Shown here in pieces: positions 62,473 to 64,000 of a stretch of 64,000 nt of DNA (within the stretch, counting starts at the first letter, position 1; each line of letters begins with the position of its first letter). The notes below the pieces were generated by a model, which searched no databases, was not told the DNA's origin, and was given only the letters and a program-made list of their open reading frames with translations. The DNA lies in the NCBI GenBank assembly GCA_973895155.1, contig OZ316895.1:4653181-4717180 (forward strand). Direction: 5' to 3'. A program made the position numbers and the translations under genes. This DNA is from Marsupella aquatica (taxonomy: Eukaryota > Plantae > Marchantiophyta).

Positions 62473-64000
62473 CTCATGGAAGGGGTAAACATTTCAGGGG
62501 TTGTACAACAAAGATTTCTATTCATGTTAGAGACTATGAAATCATGAGTAAAATCTATTTTTCAAATTATTTACTCAATTCTTACCAAATGATGACAATG
62601 TTGAGCTCATCAGGACCGTCTCTTCAAGATCTTTCTAACGCCATATTAAACGTGAGTTTTCATTACGATTTGATTTAGCAATGTCAAATCAAAAATTGTT
62701 ATCGAGAAAATTTTATGTTTTGAATAAAATCAAAATGTAAATAAAACAGTTATTGGGAGAAGTTTTACCTCAATTTTTTTGTCTTTTGATTTGCATGTCA
62801 GTTTTTTTTACATTCTTTTTTACAGCATGGCGTCCTAGTTTTTACAACAAACTTGCCACAAACATGAATGTAGAAGTTAATCTTATCCAAAAACAAGTCT
62901 CTTCCTGTTTGCAGCATGCAATGATGATGTGGCGCGCTATGGAGCCAAGAATTTTGGAAATGACCCCTAATGGGGGTCCGTAAATATCAGCATTTCTTTC
63001 TCCAAATAAATTGTGGCCTATGGCTTCATTCTACTCCGTGGAGTAAGTCTTGAAAGGTGAAGTTAGATTGCAAATTTAGGCACTAAAATATACAATCCGA
63101 CTCTTTTTTCTAAAAATATATTTACAAAATATCATTGTGATGGGAAGCGCCCCCTTGATATTTCCTTATGGATATATTTTTCTTAACCAGGGGATAGGAG
63201 TGAAGGTGTCATTGCGTCCATTTTTCACCCCAACGAATCACTCTCTCCACACAGTTTGCACACTCCTCGAAATCCATATATCAAACTGATTTGTAAGAGT
63301 GTCCAACATGTGTACCTCCCCATCTCTACGCATTTCAATTGCAGCAAACGAGGATAATTTTGATAATTTGAACCATAACGTTATAATTCATCTGATAATT
63401 ATATAAAAGTATTCTCCACATAGTATGGCATGGGGGCATGCATAGACCATCTGGGCTTTACTTTTGCACGTGGGGTGGGGGGCACGTTGCCCAACATCCC
63501 ATTCCAGAGGTCAGCCTGATCCCTCGCCACTAGGCCTCGATGCAATGGAACCTGATCGATTCCCCACCTGGGAGGAACATAGGGCACAGTATTCTATTCT
63601 ATCTCTCCCCACATCTCCTTTTTCCTGCCTCATAATGATGAGCAACTACTCCTGTACTACAGCAAAAGTACCCCTCAATGGAAGCGCCACTTTGGTGGTC
63701 CCCCTGGCCCCACTGGCCCTCCCTGGTCGCACGACTCCCCACTCAGATGTACGGTGACCTGTGTACCAATTAAGGAACACCGATTTCCTAAAAGAAATCA
63801 TCTGTTACCCCTATAGTGAAACAAATTCAAGCAAAAATAAAGTGTTTAAACCACAAAGCACCATATAGAGTATTCTAGATGATGTATTATTCATTTAATA
63901 TACAAGACAATCCCGTTATGAAACAGCATATTATATTTACGTGGATTCTTGAGTCACAATATCATCTCACTAGTTTACCACTGGTGATCTATGGTTGAAA

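Overview
Eukaryotic, intron-containing land-plant DNA, most likely a liverwort; this is inferred from the alpha/beta-hydrolase-NB-ARC-LRR gene class. Five protein-coding genes are supportable. (1) An intronless KH-domain protein (3410-4963, -). (2) An intronless monoacylglycerol-lipase/caffeoyl-shikimate-esterase-family hydrolase (10267-11166, +). (3) A five-exon hydrolase-NB-ARC-LRR immune receptor (15623-21695, +) with a nested 69/207/414-nt LRR array, a frameshifted decaying tail and LRR relics on both sides. (4) A seven-exon vacuolar-type GH32 invertase with the 9-nt DPN mini-exon (38675-43684, +). (5) A four-exon ALMT anion channel (52212-55174, +), preceded by a Cys-rich 50-codon candidate peptide uORF. 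Intergenic DNA holds truncated CRE-like non-LTR retroelement copies, tRNA-derived SINE heads, a MITE with TSD, a TSD-flanked insertion and many short tandem duplications. All exon boundaries were read by eye from GT-AG sites and frame continuity. No searches were run.
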